Notes: generated by a model not told the origin, from the sequence alone. Shown: positions 41,497 to 51,961, counted from the first letter of the stretch. The stretch is DNA of 64,000 nucleotides from a virus (IMGVR_UViG_3300003691_000002:1-64000), one strand, 5' to 3'. A program made the numbers and translations.

Positions 41497-42054
41497 TCAA
41501 ATGTGTAATGTTTGTTTGTTTAATTGAATTGTTTCTTTTTCTTTAGACATTATATCTGATAATTCAGCATCATCAGAAAGAGTAACATTCAATTCTTTTT
41601 CTATTGATTTTTTTAAAATCTCTTCTCTATATAAAATATGTTTTATTCTTAATAAAAAACCAATAGCATCTGGCTTCCTATGATAAATATGTGTAAAAAA
41701 CTCTAAAATAAGTTCTTTAGCATCTTCTTCATATAAAGAATACTTACCTTGAATAAAACAATTATATTCATATAAATATTCTTCTGGAAACTTAAATACT
41801 AATACAATAGTTTCTTTAGAAGAATCAATTAAATCTATAAAATATTCATTATTTGTTAATGAATATTCATATTGTTTAAAATCATCTGTATCTATATATT
41901 CTAGTTCTACAAATATACAATTTTTATATTTATTTTCACTATCAAAAATATAAGTATTAAGAATATTATTGTAATATTTTTTATTAAAATTTACAACTTC
42001 TGATAATAATGGTAGTAAGTAAGTTTTTGATTTGTTAGACTTACTTTTTTTCAT
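41497..42054 (-). CDS. Conserved crAss-like hypothetical protein
   Basis: TYLLPLL...FIQGKYS...AEL pattern; usually follows the PD-(D/E)xK nuclease. Confidence 0.65.
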   Translation of the reverse strand: MKKSKSNKSKTYLLPLLSEVVNFNKKYYNNILNTYIFDSENKYKNCIFVELEYIDTDDFKQYEYSLTNNEYFIDLIDSSKETIVLVFKFPEEYLYEYNCFIQGKYSLYEEDAKELILEFFTHIYHRKPDAIGFLLRIKHILYREEILKKSIEKELNVTLSDDAELSDIMSKEKETIQLNKQTLHI

Positions 42055-42067
42055 TACATAAAAATAT

Positions 42068-43069
42068 TTATTCTAAAGTTATAAATGAATCTTCTAATTT
42101 TAACCTTCCTTTAGATTCATAAATTTTTTTAGATAATTTAAATTCGTTGTGATTAATATGCCATTTTATTTCTTCTAACAACTCATTTAAACCTTTATAT
42201 TTTATACCAGAAGTATCGGTAAAACCGTTTTTAGATGCCTTTAGCCATTTTTTAGTTGTTTCATATACTAAAGGAATCCTTTCATATCGTGAGATATATA
42301 AAAATTCAAAAGGTAATAATTTATATCCTTTTAATCCTGTTAATTTTAAAAAAGTAGGGAATGCAAGGGTATAAATTAAAGCTTGGAGATCATATCTCCA
42401 TTTTAAAAGACTTGTTATAAATTTACTACAACTATCTTTTCCTGTTTTCAAGTCAATAAATTTTACAGTCTTTTTTTTGTGGTCTATTAAAACTTTATCA
42501 ATAATGCCTCTAATTTTGAAGCCTGATTTTTCAAACGTAAATTTAAATTGATTATAATGTTCTAAATTATTATTAAAAATATAACTAGAATTTTCGTGGG
42601 TTAATAATACTTCCACTACTTCTTTTGCAAACTCTAAATCTTCAGAACTTACAATAGTTTTATTTTTAGAATCAAATTTAGCATGAATATAATTCCAAAA
42701 TTCTTCAGAATTTAACTCTTGTAAAATACGTTCATCTTTCCAGCGAGGCCATAACTTATTTTTTTTACAAAGTTCTAGCATCTCTTCTATAGAGGGTATT
42801 TCAATATAATTATCTAAAATTATATTGCATAATTTAGCAAGATTACCTATAGGCTTACCGCCATCAAATACAAGATAAATCTTATTAAAATTATGTTTAT
42901 TTAGCAATAAATCATCTATAAGAGAACCAAGTCTAATTCCATCAGAGTCTATTTCTTTTTTAACTCTAACAAGTGCTTCCGCACCATTTTTGTTAAAATC
43001 GACAATACGACTATAAGATAAGGCACGATCAAATTTCTCTAGATCATATAATGCATCTAATTCATTCAT
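42068..43069 (-). CDS. PD-(D/E)xK exonuclease (RecE/ExoVIII-like)
   Basis: LSYS, GS..D, RGIIDK...IDLKT and YDLQALIY motifs. Confidence 0.85.
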   Translation of the reverse strand: MNELDALYDLEKFDRALSYSRIVDFNKNGAEALVRVKKEIDSDGIRLGSLIDDLLLNKHNFNKIYLVFDGGKPIGNLAKLCNIILDNYIEIPSIEEMLELCKKNKLWPRWKDERILQELNSEEFWNYIHAKFDSKNKTIVSSEDLEFAKEVVEVLLTHENSSYIFNNNLEHYNQFKFTFEKSGFKIRGIIDKVLIDHKKKTVKFIDLKTGKDSCSKFITSLLKWRYDLQALIYTLAFPTFLKLTGLKGYKLLPFEFLYISRYERIPLVYETTKKWLKASKNGFTDTSGIKYKGLNELLEEIKWHINHNEFKLSKKIYESKGRLKLEDSFITLE

Positions 43070-43115
43070 TTAAAATTTAAACGACCACTTTTTAATTGTT
43101 TTTGTTTCATAAGCA

Positions 43116-43559
43116 TTATAAAATTTTTAAATAAACACCAGGATTTTCTTTGTCGTAAGAATAATAATTTCCTTTCAACAAAAGTGGAAAAGGTAAAAAA
43201 TAATCCATATTATCATCTTCAATAATGTTATGTGCTACTAATAAATCTGCAATTATCTGCACAGCATTATGAAAATCAAATTTATGTCTAGTTCCACGTA
43301 CAAAATGGATACCTATTTTTAATGGGTATTTTTCCTTTTCCACTTGAGCTTTAAATTCCTCAATGTATTCTAAAAATAAATTAGGTCTAGTTATATATTC
43401 TTTAACTGTTTTTTTACTTGCAGAAAAAGATTGTATACCTAAACTTCTTAAATATTTAGTTACTGTTTTGGAATGAAAAACTCCTCTTTTAGTTTTAATT
43501 TTACTGTTTTTTAAACTTGGAACATTTCCAGGTATAAATACTTTACCATGTGATTTCAT
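43116..43559 (-). CDS. RusA-like Holliday junction resolvase
   Basis: GNVPSLKN, DFHN and IEDDN motifs; start MKSHGK. Confidence 0.7.
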   Translation of the reverse strand: MKSHGKVFIPGNVPSLKNSKIKTKRGVFHSKTVTKYLRSLGIQSFSASKKTVKEYITRPNLFLEYIEEFKAQVEKEKYPLKIGIHFVRGTRHKFDFHNAVQIIADLLVAHNIIEDDNMDYFLPFPLLLKGNYYSYDKENPGVYLKIL

Positions 43560-44283
43560 TTTTATTGTGTTCACTAAGTTTTTGATTAATTTCGTCAAGG
43601 ACAGAAGCAGACCATACTTTTGCTCCTTTTTTATAACCAACTTCTTTAATTAAATCATCAACAATAAAAACATCATGTTTTTCCGTATCAATACAATGTT
43701 TAAATTCATTAGCAATATCTTCTCCTAAAAATAAAAAACATAAATATGCTTTTTTATTTAAAACAGATAAAATAAATTCAGTAAAATTTTTCCAAATATT
43801 CTTATGTTTGAATCTTTCCTTTCTACTTAATGTTTGAAAAGAAGGCAATAAAAAAACGCCTTGTTTCATATAAGAATTCATGGTAGGACTAAAATTTAAA
43901 TTTAAAGTACCAAGAGCATTTTCTATAGAAGTATTCCAATAATGAGAAAAAAAAGGTAATCCAAATTCAGTAAGAGAATTAATTCCACATCCTCCTACTA
44001 AAGCATGAGGATACACTCCATTAGGTATAATTACAACTTTTATACGAGAAAATTCAGTAAGTCTAAAATTTTCAAATAAATTTTCTTTTTTTGGAAAAAC
44101 AATTTCTTCGTAATCATTTTTATAAACTTCATTTAAAAAAATCATCAAATTATATAAATAAGTTGAAGACATAAATTTTTGAGATTTTTTTAAAACTTTA
44201 TACCAAGATTTTCCAAATAATTTTTTATAATCAATATTTAATACATAAGGAACTTTTACTTTCTTTATATTATTTAAATCCAT
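43543..44283 (-). CDS. Uracil-DNA glycosylase-like protein, apparently catalytically degenerate
   Basis: VFPKKENLFENF, IKVVII, KQGVFLL, WKNFT and FLFLG scaffold; GQDPY, Asn and HPS catalytic motifs replaced. Confidence 0.75.
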   Translation of the reverse strand: MDLNNIKKVKVPYVLNIDYKKLFGKSWYKVLKKSQKFMSSTYLYNLMIFLNEVYKNDYEEIVFPKKENLFENFRLTEFSRIKVVIIPNGVYPHALVGGCGINSLTEFGLPFFSHYWNTSIENALGTLNLNFSPTMNSYMKQGVFLLPSFQTLSRKERFKHKNIWKNFTEFILSVLNKKAYLCFLFLGEDIANEFKHCIDTEKHDVFIVDDLIKEVGYKKGAKVWSASVLDEINQKLSEHNKNEITW

Positions 44284-44285
44284 TT

Positions 44286-45992
44286 TTAAAAATTATTTTC
44301 TAAATCTCTTAGTACTTCTTCTTCTTCTACTTGTTGTATTATTTCTGCTACTGCTGGTACTTCTTCATTATGATTAACAAATCTTATATTTGCAGCTTGA
44401 AGGTTACTACGATTAACCAAAGAATAAAAAGCATTTTTAAATTCTTTTTTTGAATTATTTAAAATATATCTAAAATCTACAGAAACAGGAGGACTATACA
44501 AAAGATTAGATTCATTAAAAAGAACAGGAGCTTCACCTTCTAATACTTTATTTTTAAAGTATTGTTGTCTTTTTCTCCAATAATCTTTTATAACTTGTGC
44601 AAGTTTATTATCTTGAATTTCACTAATAATTATATAATTTAAATTTAATTTAGTAATAAGTCTTAAATCATTTTTAAGTAATTTATCAACATTATTATTA
44701 ACAAATTTTATAATAGCAATACAAGTAAATAAATAAAAGATTACTTTATTAACATCAAAAGTAGGAGTATGAATTCTAAATTCTACAGTTTTTTTATTTC
44801 CAAAAACTATTGGAATTAAATTAACCCAATGATACCTACTTCTAATATTCCATTTAGCATTTCCATTAGGGTCGCTTGGATGATTTATAACTTCATCCAA
44901 GTTACTTTTATAATGACTAAATGGAATTCCTCCTGATAATTGAGAAAATAAAACATCAAATCCTACTTCAGGCTTACTAAGTAATGAATAATAAAATGTA
45001 TCTCTATCTAATTCTTTAGTATAATCTTTTCTTTTTACTCTATATTTTTTACTTTTATATAAAGGAAAAGCAGAATAAAAATCATCTTGAATTAAATAAA
45101 GAACTTTATATAACCCTAATAAATGTTTTGGAGTTCTTTTTAAACCTGCTACATGTAAATGTAAAGAACATTCATAATCTTCTTTAGTATATCTTTTAAG
45201 TTTTTTTAAACTTTTAATTAAACTAAAAACACCTTTAACACCTGAATAAGGAATAGTAGCATATTCTAAACCTTGTATACTTCCATCTCTTAAAGGAATT
45301 AATCCTAATTTTTTACAATCTCTTTCAGGAACTTTTCCTCTTACAGTTTCAAATTCAAAACCAAAACTATAATTTTCTTCAAAAAAATATCTAAATTGTT
45401 TTAAAAAACTATCTATTTCTATATCTACATTACATTTATTATAAATTTCTATAGCAGTATTTAAATAATTTTTTGAATCATATAACAAGCCTCTTTTTTC
45501 TTCTTGATTACATTCAGGTAATGAAATAAATTTATATGCTCTTGTACGCTTAACATGTTCATATATTTCAGTTTCTAAATTATATTTATAATAACGTGAG
45601 TTATTAAAAATATTATCATTTAAAACATTAAAAAATCCCTCAGAAGATTCTACTAATAAAGGAGCTATTTTATCTAAAGGAGATAAACTAAAATGTCCAA
45701 AAATAAGTTTATCTTTTTCAATACCTATTACTCCTTTAACAAATGTGTTATCTTTTTTGATTATATATCTTCCAATTCTATGATCAAAAATTATTCTTTC
45801 TGTTTCAGCCCTATACCATTTTTTAACTTCTGGGATATAATATACATCTCCAGAATTTTTAATATGTATATTACCTTTTTTATAATATTTACCATACATA
45901 AAACGGCAATTTATAATAGGTAATTTTTCTTGTGAAACAGTTGTGACTAATTTATTTTTTATATATTTACTACTCATAATAAAATTAATCAT
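44286..45992 (-). CDS. Putative amidoligase (COOH-NH2 ligase, Amidoligase_2-like)
   Basis: FGFEFE, RDGSI, EY, SLHLHV, RY..VN and TVEFR motifs. Confidence 0.85.
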   Translation of the reverse strand: MINFIMSSKYIKNKLVTTVSQEKLPIINCRFMYGKYYKKGNIHIKNSGDVYYIPEVKKWYRAETERIIFDHRIGRYIIKKDNTFVKGVIGIEKDKLIFGHFSLSPLDKIAPLLVESSEGFFNVLNDNIFNNSRYYKYNLETEIYEHVKRTRAYKFISLPECNQEEKRGLLYDSKNYLNTAIEIYNKCNVDIEIDSFLKQFRYFFEENYSFGFEFETVRGKVPERDCKKLGLIPLRDGSIQGLEYATIPYSGVKGVFSLIKSLKKLKRYTKEDYECSLHLHVAGLKRTPKHLLGLYKVLYLIQDDFYSAFPLYKSKKYRVKRKDYTKELDRDTFYYSLLSKPEVGFDVLFSQLSGGIPFSHYKSNLDEVINHPSDPNGNAKWNIRSRYHWVNLIPIVFGNKKTVEFRIHTPTFDVNKVIFYLFTCIAIIKFVNNNVDKLLKNDLRLITKLNLNYIIISEIQDNKLAQVIKDYWRKRQQYFKNKVLEGEAPVLFNESNLLYSPPVSVDFRYILNNSKKEFKNAFYSLVNRSNLQAANIRFVNHNEEVPAVAEIIQQVEEEEVLRDLENNF

Positions 45993-47805
45993 TTTCTTCT
46001 AAATCGATTGATAAAACAGAAACTAAATTTTCAATATAATCAGAAGTAAAATCTATTATATGTTGGCCAATTGCATTTTGTGATAATTTTTCATCTTCTT
46101 CTAACAAATCTAAGACTGCTTTATTATCTAAAATAGAATTTTCAACTAATTGCAAAATTTCTTCTGAGATATTATCTACTGTTTCTTTTTCTTCTTCTTT
46201 TTCTTCTTTATATGCTTCTAGAATTTCATCTACAATTTCTGTAGAGGATTTTGCTACAATATTACTAAAAACATTAGTTTTAATTGTTTCATAATATGTA
46301 CAAAATCCTTTATTAATAGTATAAATTCTAGAAGCTCCTAAAGGAGCAATTATTCCTGTAAAAACTTGACCATTTAATATTAAAGGTTGTTTATTTGTTA
46401 AAATACTATTTACAGGGTGAACAGAAGCAAAAGAAAGCCTGGAAGGATTTAACATATTTGGATTATTATCTTCAATTGTTTTTACAGCTTCCCAATCAAA
46501 AGTAGATCTTAATTCTATGCCTTTATATATTGGTTTAATAAAAGCATCTATATTAGTAAAGTCTTTATCTTTAAAAGGTATAAAAGTAGTTTTAGAAGGT
46601 TTAATTACAAAATCTTGTGCTTCTAAACAGAAATTAGAGTTTTTTAGATTTTTTAGTCTCCTTCTAGCTGCTTTTAAATCATCTTGAGATAGTAAATAAA
46701 AACCACATCCTTTTATCCAAGTATATAATCCTGTAACTAAATGACCATTTCTTTTATATCTAAAATTATTAAAATAAATATTCTTTCCAGAAACATTTAT
46801 TTCTTCATAAAAAAGATCATAAGAAGAAGTAGCCACGTCTGGTAAAACATACTGTCTTTTTTCAGGAAGAAAGTTATAATCTCTTTTTTTAGCCCCTCCT
46901 CTTGCGTAGTTAGATTTATTATTTTCTTTTGGTTTACTAGAAACATAATATTGATTGTGCTTTCTAGTTATTACTGTTTTTTCTGCTGTTTTTAAGCAAC
47001 CATTTTTAACTTTGTAAACAGTATTAAAATCTAAGTTAATAATGTTTTTACCACCAATAATTTTTAAACCTTCTTCTTGAGAAGAAAGATAAAGACTATT
47101 TTTATTTTGTTGCCAAGCATATAAAGGTCTTTCTTCTGTTCCTTCTAAAGCATTAAAAGTTTTTTTAGATTTACCTTTATAAAAATAAATAGTATTAGGT
47201 TCATCAACTTTAAACCAAATTAAAGCTGCAGCCCCTTGATATTGTTCTAATACTGAGTAATCATCAGTTTTAGATAAAATTTCTAATAAAATTTCACTAT
47301 CTATTTTTGGTACAACAACAGTAGAATTTGCTTTTTTTACTTCTTTATCGGTCTCTACTTCAAACTTATTAGCTAATGTAATATCATTGTGTAATGTACC
47401 ATTATGAACACCTACAAAAATTGTTTTTTTGTTTTTATTTTTAAAACCAAAAGGATGAGCATTTTCTTCAGTATGAGCACCCCTAGTAGCTTGTCTAGTA
47501 TGGCCTATTACTACAGGATATTTATAAGGTTTTTTATAACCATTTGCTAAAACAAAATCTCTATAGAGTTTATTTTCTCCAGTTCCTTTTTTAATAGCAT
47601 TATCTGATACAACTCCACAAGAATGTATTCCTCTTGCTTGGTTTAGTATCCCTAATAAATCAAATTTTAATTTATCAAAGTCTTTTGGAGTTTTACCTGC
47701 CCAAGCAAAAATACCACAAAATAAAATATCATGTTTATTTTTAAAAATAATATTTAATCCTGTAGAAATAGTTAATAATATTAATATTAAATTAAGTAAA
47801 TTCAT
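45985..47805 (-). CDS. Class II (Ntn) glutamine amidotransferase with hydrophobic leader
   Basis: CGIF, RG..S.G, GHTRQAT, NAHPF, HNGT, DSE and ERPL motifs. Confidence 0.9.
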   Translation of the reverse strand: MNLLNLILILLTISTGLNIIFKNKHDILFCGIFAWAGKTPKDFDKLKFDLLGILNQARGIHSCGVVSDNAIKKGTGENKLYRDFVLANGYKKPYKYPVVIGHTRQATRGAHTEENAHPFGFKNKNKKTIFVGVHNGTLHNDITLANKFEVETDKEVKKANSTVVVPKIDSEILLEILSKTDDYSVLEQYQGAAALIWFKVDEPNTIYFYKGKSKKTFNALEGTEERPLYAWQQNKNSLYLSSQEEGLKIIGGKNIINLDFNTVYKVKNGCLKTAEKTVITRKHNQYYVSSKPKENNKSNYARGGAKKRDYNFLPEKRQYVLPDVATSSYDLFYEEINVSGKNIYFNNFRYKRNGHLVTGLYTWIKGCGFYLLSQDDLKAARRRLKNLKNSNFCLEAQDFVIKPSKTTFIPFKDKDFTNIDAFIKPIYKGIELRSTFDWEAVKTIEDNNPNMLNPSRLSFASVHPVNSILTNKQPLILNGQVFTGIIAPLGASRIYTINKGFCTYYETIKTNVFSNIVAKSSTEIVDEILEAYKEEKEEEKETVDNISEEILQLVENSILDNKAVLDLLEEDEKLSQNAIGQHIIDFTSDYIENLVSVLSIDLEEND

Positions 47806-48608
47806 TTAATTAAAATATTTGATTCTTCTATAATAGATTTTCTTAGTTCTAATATTTCTTCATTAGACATTTCATGAGCATTTAATATAGCGTTCTCATG
47901 TTTATATTGTAGTTCTTTAAAATAAGGAAAACTAGCTAATTCTATAGCTGCTAAAGTATTAACAAAAATAGTTGTTTGTAATTCTTTTGTTTTTAGCCAA
48001 AAATTAGAAAGAGTTCTGTATTCTAAACCATAAAATTTATCTCTATAATTGCCTAATTGCCCGTAATATTGTTTTCTTTCTTTATCTGGGTCAATAACTA
48101 AAGCTAATAACCCTAAAGTAATATCTAAAGCTTTCACTAATCTCATATTAGCTAAATCATTAGGAGAAGTATATCCTATATGAATATGTCCCCCACACAT
48201 TCTAGTGGTGTAATCTTCAGAAAATTGTAATTGATTTTGCTCAAAAGTATATACATTAAAATCAGGATCACAACCAAACATACGAGCTTGTCTACTAGTT
48301 AACTCTTCCTTTTTAAAAGTATGTGTAGTTGAAAAATCTAATTTATGATTTTTATTATTTAATTTTAGATAAATATTTAAATAATCTAAAACTAATTGTA
48401 TATTATTTAGAAATTCTTTTTCAGAAACGCATGGAGGAATATTAAATTCTACCATTACATTGTCTTCTTGAACAAAATATCCTTCTTTATTTAAAACAGG
48501 TTTTGGATTGTTTTTAGTTCCTCCAATTAGCCCTTCTGCAGAAATAATTTGTGATCCATCATTCACAAACAATTCTGGGTCAGCTCCTATTGTTACATTT
48601 TTATACAT
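47802..48608 (-). CDS. phiEco32-like COOH-NH2 ligase type 2
   Basis: IGADPELF, EDNVMVEFN, GCDPDFN, GGHIHIG and EYRTLSNFW motifs. Confidence 0.92.
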   Translation of the reverse strand: MYKNVTIGADPELFVNDGSQIISAEGLIGGTKNNPKPVLNKEGYFVQEDNVMVEFNIPPCVSEKEFLNNIQLVLDYLNIYLKLNNKNHKLDFSTTHTFKKEELTSRQARMFGCDPDFNVYTFEQNQLQFSEDYTTRMCGGHIHIGYTSPNDLANMRLVKALDITLGLLALVIDPDKERKQYYGQLGNYRDKFYGLEYRTLSNFWLKTKELQTTIFVNTLAAIELASFPYFKELQYKHENAILNAHEMSNEEILELRKSIIEESNILIK

Positions 48609-49299
48609 ATAAATAATCTAAAATAATATTTCTTATAAAATCTAAAGTTTCTTGAGGTACTCCTTCAAATTCAGGATGTCCTTGTATAGCTAATCCATTT
48701 ATTTTAGGATAATAAACTATTTCTGGTTCAATAAAATTATTTGCTAATTCTATCTCTTCATTTTTTCCATTTAAATAAGTATCGCTTTCAAAAAATTTTG
48801 ACCAAGCAATAAGCTTATAATCATCTTCAGGTAAATTAAAAGGATACATCATTTGATGGTGTGTAGAAGTCATATCAAAACTTTTAAACCTATTATTGCC
48901 CCGCATTACCTCTATGAAATGATTTTTAGTATGATTTGTTACGTGTTGAATTAATTTACCATCAGCACGAACAGTCAAATATTGGGCTCCTCTACAAATA
49001 CCTAATTTTTTTATTTTATAAGGTAAATAATTAAATAATAGACCACATCTTAAATCTCTTTCTTCATTAACAAATGTATGTCTACCATTTTTTTCTCCAT
49101 ATAAATTAGGATTTACATCTTCCCCGCCAGTATAAATAAGCAAATCTTTATCTAAATTTATTTTTATTTTACTGGTATTTAAATCATCAAGAAATTTTTT
49201 TATATTATTTACTTCTATAAATTCAATTTCTTCATTAAAAACAAAACTTAAAAATTTTTTATAATTTTTGTTTAATAGAGATTCACTGATAATTTTCAT
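48601..49299 (-). CDS. Class I glutamine amidotransferase / peptidase C26 (PuuD-like)
   Basis: GGEDVNP, GICRGAQ, STHHQ and QGHPE triad motifs. Confidence 0.9.
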   Translation of the reverse strand: MKIISESLLNKNYKKFLSFVFNEEIEFIEVNNIKKFLDDLNTSKIKINLDKDLLIYTGGEDVNPNLYGEKNGRHTFVNEERDLRCGLLFNYLPYKIKKLGICRGAQYLTVRADGKLIQHVTNHTKNHFIEVMRGNNRFKSFDMTSTHHQMMYPFNLPEDDYKLIAWSKFFESDTYLNGKNEEIELANNFIEPEIVYYPKINGLAIQGHPEFEGVPQETLDFIRNIILDYLYV

Positions 49300-50089
49300 T
49301 TATTTTTTTATTTATTATTTTTGGTAATATTTCTTTATATTTTTCAGCTGTAATTTCTCCAAAAGAAGGTGCTGAATTAATTTCAATAATAACAAAAGCT
49401 GGAAATTTATTATTAGATTGAACTCTTACATCAACAGCCCCAAAATCTAGACCTACTGCATTAAGAGCTTTTACAGACTCATTTACAATATAATCCCAAT
49501 TATCAGGTTTGTCAAAAAGTTCATTTTTTTCTAATATCCAAACACAATTTAAATTATTTTTAAACCATTTATGTTCATCTGGAGTATTATTTTTAATCAT
49601 TTTTCTACAAGAATAAAAAACACCATCTTTTGTAACATGAAGTCTATATTCTTTATTAAAATTATAAAAACGCTCAAAAATAAAATTATTTAATTCTCCA
49701 GAATGCTTATTTAAAAAAGAATTTAAATCTGTAGCATTATCAATTTTTTCATTACCATTATTCCTACTTCCAAATCTTCTTTTAGCTATAATAGGAAAAG
49801 GCATATTTTCAAAATTTACTATTTCTTTAGTAATGCAATTAAAAAAATTGTAATTTTTATAAAAAGTAAACCATATAGGAGTTCTTACATCTGCTTCTAA
49901 AAATTTATTTTTCATTTTTAATTTATCAGATGAGTTTTTTACTGCTTCTATTGTGTTTACCTCAATATTTGCATTTGATATAGTAGTTGAACCAAATCTA
50001 ACAACTACTGTTTTTTCAACTTTTGGTAAAATTCTTCTCAATACATTATGAGAAGGATGTCTACTTCTAATTCGTGGTCTATACTTCAT
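49283..50089 (-). CDS. ATP-grasp ligase (RimK/YheCD-like)
   Basis: KEYRLHV, GLDFGAVD and IEINSAPS motifs. Confidence 0.9.
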   Translation of the reverse strand: MKYRPRIRSRHPSHNVLRRILPKVEKTVVVRFGSTTISNANIEVNTIEAVKNSSDKLKMKNKFLEADVRTPIWFTFYKNYNFFNCITKEIVNFENMPFPIIAKRRFGSRNNGNEKIDNATDLNSFLNKHSGELNNFIFERFYNFNKEYRLHVTKDGVFYSCRKMIKNNTPDEHKWFKNNLNCVWILEKNELFDKPDNWDYIVNESVKALNAVGLDFGAVDVRVQSNNKFPAFVIIEINSAPSFGEITAEKYKEILPKIINKKINENYQ

Positions 50090-50504
50090 CTACAATTTTA
50101 TGTACTTTATTAATCATACTTTGATCATTCCAATCTCCAGAATCAACTATAGGTAAATTTTTTAAATCTATTCTATTACCTGCCAGGTAAACAAAAGCAT
50201 TTCCCCAAGGAGTAGGAATAATATCTTTATTATAAAGATTATTTTTTCCTTCCCCAATATAGCCTTCAAGATTATCTAATTGTTTTGCTGTATTTTCATT
50301 ATCTATTTCAAAAACATCCATTGTAATAGAAGTTGCACTTCTATTTGTTTCTATTATAGCAGGAAATGCTCCTAAACTAAACATTGTATAAATAGGTTCT
50401 GTTCTAAAAGTTCCTAAATGTTTTGAATCTTTTAAGAAAGTTTTATAATTATTATGTCCTAATCTTAAAGTTCCATAAACTGCTACTAATACTTTATTTT
50501 TCAT
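50079..50504 (-). CDS. Gamma-glutamylcyclotransferase (AIG2-like)
   Basis: VAVYGTLR, LDNLEG and SGDW motifs. Confidence 0.92.
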   Translation of the reverse strand: MKNKVLVAVYGTLRLGHNNYKTFLKDSKHLGTFRTEPIYTMFSLGAFPAIIETNRSATSITMDVFEIDNENTAKQLDNLEGYIGEGKNNLYNKDIIPTPWGNAFVYLAGNRIDLKNLPIVDSGDWNDQSMINKVHKIVDEV

Positions 50505-50506
50505 AT

Positions 50507-51535
50507 TTAAAAAGGTAAATAAATTTCTTTTTTATATATCTCTATACTTTTCTTTCTTCCCCAAACTTTTATTAAATCACTAAAATCTTTACATTGATAT
50601 CTATCAGGTATAGTAATTGATTTTAGTCCAAATTTTGTAGCTAATTCTTTAGCTTTAATTTGTCCAACATTTTCTTCTTTATCATAATCATTGTCATACC
50701 AAATATAAATATGTTTAAATCTTTCTTTTAACTGATCTATAATATGTTGTTTGGGTAATACTGTTTCTGATTGTAATGCTACAGCAGGAATTCTTAAATT
50801 TTCTACAATTGCCATTACATCTTTTAATGATTTTGTAATAATTAATTCTTTATGTCTTAAAGGTAATTGTTCCCATCCTTGCCAAACAGAATAATTATGA
50901 TTATTTAAAAATTTATATTTTTTATTATAAGGTTGATATATTTTTAAAGATGTTTTATTATCTTTTTTCTCAACATAAGAATAAGCATATTTATCTGCTT
51001 TTACAGCAGAACCTTCTTTATTATAAAAAATATAACTAATAGGGGAAACTCTGTATTTTTTTAATGTATATAAAGAAATTCCAAATTTTTCCCAAAACAT
51101 TATATCATGTTCTTTCCATTGTCTTGTTTTTTTTGCTAAGATTTTTCCAGAACTTTCAGATAATAATTTTTCTCTGCTTTTTGTATTTTTTTCTTGTTTA
51201 TAATTAGAAGCTTCAATTTCTTTATAATTAAAATGCCATTTTAAATTAAAATCAACAATAATTTTATTTAATGCTTCATAATAAGATAAATTAAACAATA
51301 GTTTAACAAATTCTATACAATCACCTTTATACTTAAAATCATTAAACCATATTTCTCCTGTTTTTTTATTTAAAAAAAATCTCAACGAAGGAACATTTTC
51401 TTCTCTAAATAAAGATTTATAGCTTTTAGATAAAGCAATATCTTGTTGCATATAATATCTATATATATCTATATCTTGTATATAAGAAAAAATATGTTCC
51501 TTAGAAGGATCTTTTTTATTTAAATTAATAGTCAT
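50507..51535 (-). CDS. DNA primase (crAss-type TOPRIM)
   Basis: KIYQPY, ITKSLKDVM, YDND and KDFSD motifs. Confidence 0.88.
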   Translation of the reverse strand: MTINLNKKDPSKEHIFSYIQDIDIYRYYMQQDIALSKSYKSLFREENVPSLRFFLNKKTGEIWFNDFKYKGDCIEFVKLLFNLSYYEALNKIIVDFNLKWHFNYKEIEASNYKQEKNTKSREKLLSESSGKILAKKTRQWKEHDIMFWEKFGISLYTLKKYRVSPISYIFYNKEGSAVKADKYAYSYVEKKDNKTSLKIYQPYNKKYKFLNNHNYSVWQGWEQLPLRHKELIITKSLKDVMAIVENLRIPAVALQSETVLPKQHIIDQLKERFKHIYIWYDNDYDKEENVGQIKAKELATKFGLKSITIPDRYQCKDFSDLIKVWGRKKSIEIYKKEIYLPF

Positions 51536-51777
51536 TACATTGGAGGTGTTAATACCATATAAATACTACCAAGAATAGCTATTAAAACCATTGTCCAAAT
51601 TAAGCTAAAACCTATTTTTTTAGCTGTATGTTTTTTTATAGCATATTTTTTATAATCATTTTTCATTGTTTTTTTGTTTATAATTAATCCGCAACAGTTC
51701 AATTAGTCCTGCTGTAATACCAATTAGAGCTAACCATAATATCGGGTCATTAATTGCTCTCATCGTTGTTTTAGTTT

Positions 51778-51948
51778 TTAATTTTTGTTTAATTCTGTTA
51801 AACAAACATTCATAATATAAGTCTGTTCTTTTTTTAATTCTTCAGGAAAAACTTGTAAAGCAAATTGATATAGAAATTCAAAAAATTCTTTATCTGCTTT
51901 AAATTCTTTTTGTTTTTCTTTTTGTGTTTTTCTATAAACAACTTCCAT
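51778..51948 (-). CDS. Small hypothetical protein (about 56 aa); two further short hydrophobic ORFs follow in 51535-51765
   Basis: Read by hand: MEVVYRKTQKEKQKEF...ELNKN*; below the ORF-track cutoff. Confidence 0.5.
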   Translation of the reverse strand: MEVVYRKTQKEKQKEFKADKEFFEFLYQFALQVFPEELKKEQTYIMNVCLTELNKN

Positions 51949-51961
51949 AATTAGTTTTAAA

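Noticed and set aside
42068-43069. Cas4 or CRISPR association
   Set aside because: No Fe-S cysteine pattern and no repeat-spacer array seen; it fits a phage recombination exonuclease
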